Part shown: positions 15,387 to 17,705 of the stretch, piece after piece | Layout: the number at the start of each line of letters is the position of its first letter | Position numbering within the stretch: position 1 is the first letter of the stretch | Source of the DNA: a virus | Virus genome (UHGV): UHGV-0090138 | Strand: one strand, 5' to 3' | DNA: 17,705 bases | Program-made: the position numbers and the translations under genes | Notes under the pieces: generated by a model | Databases searched by the model: none | What the model was told of the DNA's origin: nothing | Seen by the model: the letters and a program-made list of their open reading frames with translations, nothing else

Positions 15387-15989
15387 TCATTCAGTATCAT
15401 CACGCGCGGTCTGTGCATATGTCACTACCGCACCTAATATATTAATTTTCTTTTCAACATAGATAATATTATCGTACTCATAATTGCCATACGGATAGCA
15501 AATGCGAATATTCTCATGTAGTTCGGGGTCATCCACCTCAGCTCCAGAACAACTTTTTGAACTACCGGAAGTATACCGATACGGTGCAACATAAGACGAT
15601 GTCTCTCCAGGCAAAAAATAAGTTAGTGTCGTAAGGGGTATAATCAGAAAAAATCCAGCAAATATGCACATCCCTGCATAAACCTTAAGGTATGCTGACA
15701 GACTCTTCCAGCCTCTTTGTTTTACTATCCCCTTCTTAACCCAAAACAGAGATAACAGAAAAGCTATTCCCATGCTAAACAGAATGTAATAGTGGGATAT
15801 ACTCTGATTAAGAAACGTGACCCTGTAGATATCTGCCCGCCACCAGAAGAAAAGGAAAATAAAGATCAGCCCTGAAACTGTCATGCAAATCAAATAAGGA
15901 TACGAATCTTTTTTCATGTTTAGCGCCCATAAAATTTTTCCTGACCCGGACAAATTTACCATCCATTTTTTGCGCAGAAAATAGCTCAT
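15387..15989 (-). CDS. Hypothetical integral membrane protein (3-4 predicted TM helices plus ~80-aa C-terminal soluble domain), up to 200 aa; AT-rich moron on the opposite strand
   Basis: ORF-track frame; hydrophobic segments LICMTVSGLIFIFLFFWW, YYILFSMGIAFLLSLFWV, VYAGMCIFAGFFLIIPLTTLTYF; AT-rich codon usage unlike flanking lambda-like genes; start ambiguous (Met 1, 10 or 25), no clear SD. Confidence 0.6.
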   Translation of the reverse strand: MSYFLRKKWMVNLSGSGKILWALNMKKDSYPYLICMTVSGLIFIFLFFWWRADIYRVTFLNQSISHYYILFSMGIAFLLSLFWVKKGIVKQRGWKSLSAYLKVYAGMCIFAGFFLIIPLTTLTYFLPGETSSYVAPYRYTSGSSKSCSGAEVDDPELHENIRICYPYGNYEYDNIIYVEKKINILGAVVTYAQTARDDTE

Positions 15990-16231
15990 TACTTACTGCA
16001 CAATAATACACAAAATTGCGTAAATTTTTTGCATGGATTTTAGCTCTTTCAGCCGAAATTTAAGGGGTAAATAGCATTTCCTAAAAGCAACTGCACCAAC
16101 CCAACAGAATGGGCTACCGCTTACGTTGAGAGCAAAAAAGTGTATAGCAGCAATGAACAGCATCCTCGCACTGACGAGGATTTCTTTTATCTGAACTCGC
16201 TACGGCGGGTTTTGTTTTATGGAGATGATAA

Positions 16232-16399
16232 ATGCACTTCCGAGTCACAGGTGAATGGAATGGAGAACCATTCAACAGAGTTATCGAAGCCGAGAACATC
16301 AGCGACTGCTATGACCACTGGATGCTGTGGGCGCAGATAGCACATGCAGACGTAACCAATATTCGAATTGAAGAACTGAAAGAACACCAAGCCGCCTGA
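16232..16399 (+). CDS. Small protein (orf55-like) upstream of xis, 55 aa
   Basis: GGAG RBS 7 nt upstream of ATG; my translation MHFRVTGEWNGEPFNRVIEAENISDCYDHWMLWAQIAHADVTNIRIEELKEHQAA; stop codon sits inside the terminator hairpin. Confidence 0.5.
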   Translation: MHFRVTGEWNGEPFNRVIEAENISDCYDHWMLWAQIAHADVTNIRIEELKEHQAA

Positions 16400-16412
16400 T
16401 GGCGGTTTTTTC
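16389..16412 (+). terminator. Rho-independent terminator between the orf55-like ORF and xis
   Basis: gccgcc-tgat-ggcgg stem-loop followed by tttttt. Confidence 0.65.
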
Positions 16413-16438
16413 TTGCGTGTAATTGCGGAGACTTTGCG

Positions 16439-16657
16439 ATGTACTTGACACTTCAGGAGTGGAACGCACGCCAGCGACGCCCAAGAAGCCTTGAAACAGT
16501 TCGTCGATGGGTACGCGAGTGCAGGATATTCCCTCCTCCGGTTAAGGATGGAAGAGAGTATCTGTTCCACGAATCAGCGGTAAAGGTTGACTTAAATCGA
16601 CCAGTAACAGGTAGCCTTTTGAAGAGGATCAGAAATGGGAAGAAGGCGAAGTCATGA
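16439..16657 (+). CDS. xis: Excisionase Xis, 72 aa
   Basis: MYLTLQEWNARQRRPRSLETVRRWVRECRIFPPPVKDGREYLFHESAVKVDLNRPVTGSLLKRIRNGKKAKS matches lambda Xis. Confidence 0.97.
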   Translation: MYLTLQEWNARQRRPRSLETVRRWVRECRIFPPPVKDGREYLFHESAVKVDLNRPVTGSLLKRIRNGKKAKS

Positions 16658-17705
16658 GCGCCGGGATTTACCCCCTAACCTTTATATAAGAAACAATGGA
16701 TATTACTGCTACAGGGACCCAAGGACGGGTAAAGAGTTTGGATTAGGCAGAGACAGGCGAATCGCAATCACTGAAGCCATACAGGCCAACATTGAGTTAT
16801 TTTCAGGACACAAACACAAGCCTCTGACAGCGAGAATCAACAGTGATAATTCCGTTACGTTACATTCATGGCTTGATCGCTACGAAAAAATCCTGGCCAG
16901 CAGAGGAATCAAGCAGAAGACACTCATAAATTACATGAGCAAAATTAAAGCAATAAGGAGGGGTCTGCCTGATGCTCCACTTGAAGACATCACCACAAAA
17001 GAAATTGCGGCAATGCTCAATGGATACATAGACGAGGGCAAGGCGGCGTCAGCCAAGTTAATCAGATCAACACTGAGCGATGCATTCCGAGAGGCAATAG
17101 CTGAAGGCCATATAACAACAAACCCTGTCGCTGCCACTCGCGCAGCAAAATCAGAGGTAAGGAGATCAAGACTTACGGCTGACGAATACCTGAAAATTTA
17201 TCAAGCAGCAGAATCATCACCATGTTGGCTCAGACTTGCAATGGAACTGGCTGTTGTTACCGGGCAACGAGTTGGTGATTTATGCGAAATGAAGTGGTCT
17301 GATATCGTAGATGGATATCTTTATGTCGAGCAAAGCAAAACAGGCGTAAAAATTGCCATCCCAACAGCATTGCATGTTGATGCTCTCGGAATATCAATGA
17401 AGGAAACACTTGATAAATGCAAAGAGATTCTTGGCGGAGAAACCATAATTGCATCTACTCGTCGCGAACCGCTTTCATCCGGCACAGTATCAAGGTATTT
17501 TATGCGCGCACGAAAAGCATCAGGTCTTTCCTTCGAAGGGGATCCGCCTACCTTTCACGAGTTGCGCAGTTTGTCTGCAAGACTCTATGAGAAGCAGATA
17601 AGCGATAAGTTTGCTCAACATCTTCTCGGGCATAAGTCGGACACCATGGCATCACAGTATCGTGATGACAGAGGCAGGGAGTGGGACAAAATTGAAATCA
17701 AATAA
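16635..17705 (+). CDS. int: Tyrosine integrase Int (lambda-type), 356 aa, complete
   Basis: MGRRRSHERRDLPPNLYIRNNGYYCYRDPRTGKEFGLGRDRRIAITEAIQ... through ...LGHKSDTMASQYRDDRGREWDKIEIK matches lambda Int; overlaps the xis 3' end; stop is the last codon of the window. Confidence 0.97.
   Translation: MGRRRSHERRDLPPNLYIRNNGYYCYRDPRTGKEFGLGRDRRIAITEAIQANIELFSGHKHKPLTARINSDNSVTLHSWLDRYEKILASRGIKQKTLINYMSKIKAIRRGLPDAPLEDITTKEIAAMLNGYIDEGKAASAKLIRSTLSDAFREAIAEGHITTNPVAATRAAKSEVRRSRLTADEYLKIYQAAESSPCWLRLAMELAVVTGQRVGDLCEMKWSDIVDGYLYVEQSKTGVKIAIPTALHVDALGISMKETLDKCKEILGGETIIASTRREPLSSGTVSRYFMRARKASGLSFEGDPPTFHELRSLSARLYEKQISDKFAQHLLGHKSDTMASQYRDDRGREWDKIEIK

Noticed and set aside
15808-16570. ORFs 15808..16011 (-), 16114..16299 (-), 16140..16340 (+), 16217..16570 (-) and 16299..16484 (-)
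   Set aside because: They overlap the membrane-protein gene, the orf55-like ORF or xis in wrong frames or antisense; the 55-aa plus-strand ORF with a GGAG RBS explains this region better.
16931-17454. Minus-strand ORFs 16931..17137 and 17257..17454
   Set aside because: Antisense inside the integrase gene.

Overview
This window is the early/regulatory half of a mosaic lambdoid prophage (E. coli/Shigella-like), lying in reverse orientation to the conventional lambda map. All protein calls come from recognising the translated ORFs from memory; no database search was run, and coordinates I derived myself (not from the ORF track) may be off by 1-3 nt. Gene order, low to high coordinates: a partial IS3-family element (IS629/IS1203-like) inserted into the spanin gene Rz; phage-21-type SAR endolysin and pinholin (minus strand); an OmpC-family porin moron (plus); then on the minus strand Q, ylcG, rusA, a ybcO remnant, a hypothetical protein, ninE, a phage Dam-type DNA adenine methyltransferase, ninB, ren, P, O (with ori iterons), cII, cro; then on the plus strand cI, a two-ORF accessory locus in the rexAB position, N, orf28, a ral remnant, ea10, cIII, kil, gam, bet, exo, orf60a, orf63, orf61, TraR-like orf73; an opposite-strand AT-rich membrane-protein moron; an orf55-like ORF, xis and int. 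The window ends at the int stop codon, so the attachment site is outside it. The recombination, replication and integration modules are essentially lambda-like, whereas immunity (cI/cro/operators), N/nut, Q and the lysis cassette are of other lambdoid types. Non-lambda cargo sits at four classic moron positions: Q-S (porin), the nin region (methyltransferase plus hypothetical), cI-N (two overlapping ORFs, one a small two-helix membrane protein) and xis-exo (membrane protein). The cI-N locus is my best candidate for an undescribed exclusion/defence module, with the xis-exo membrane protein second. No tRNA, rRNA or CRISPR array was found.
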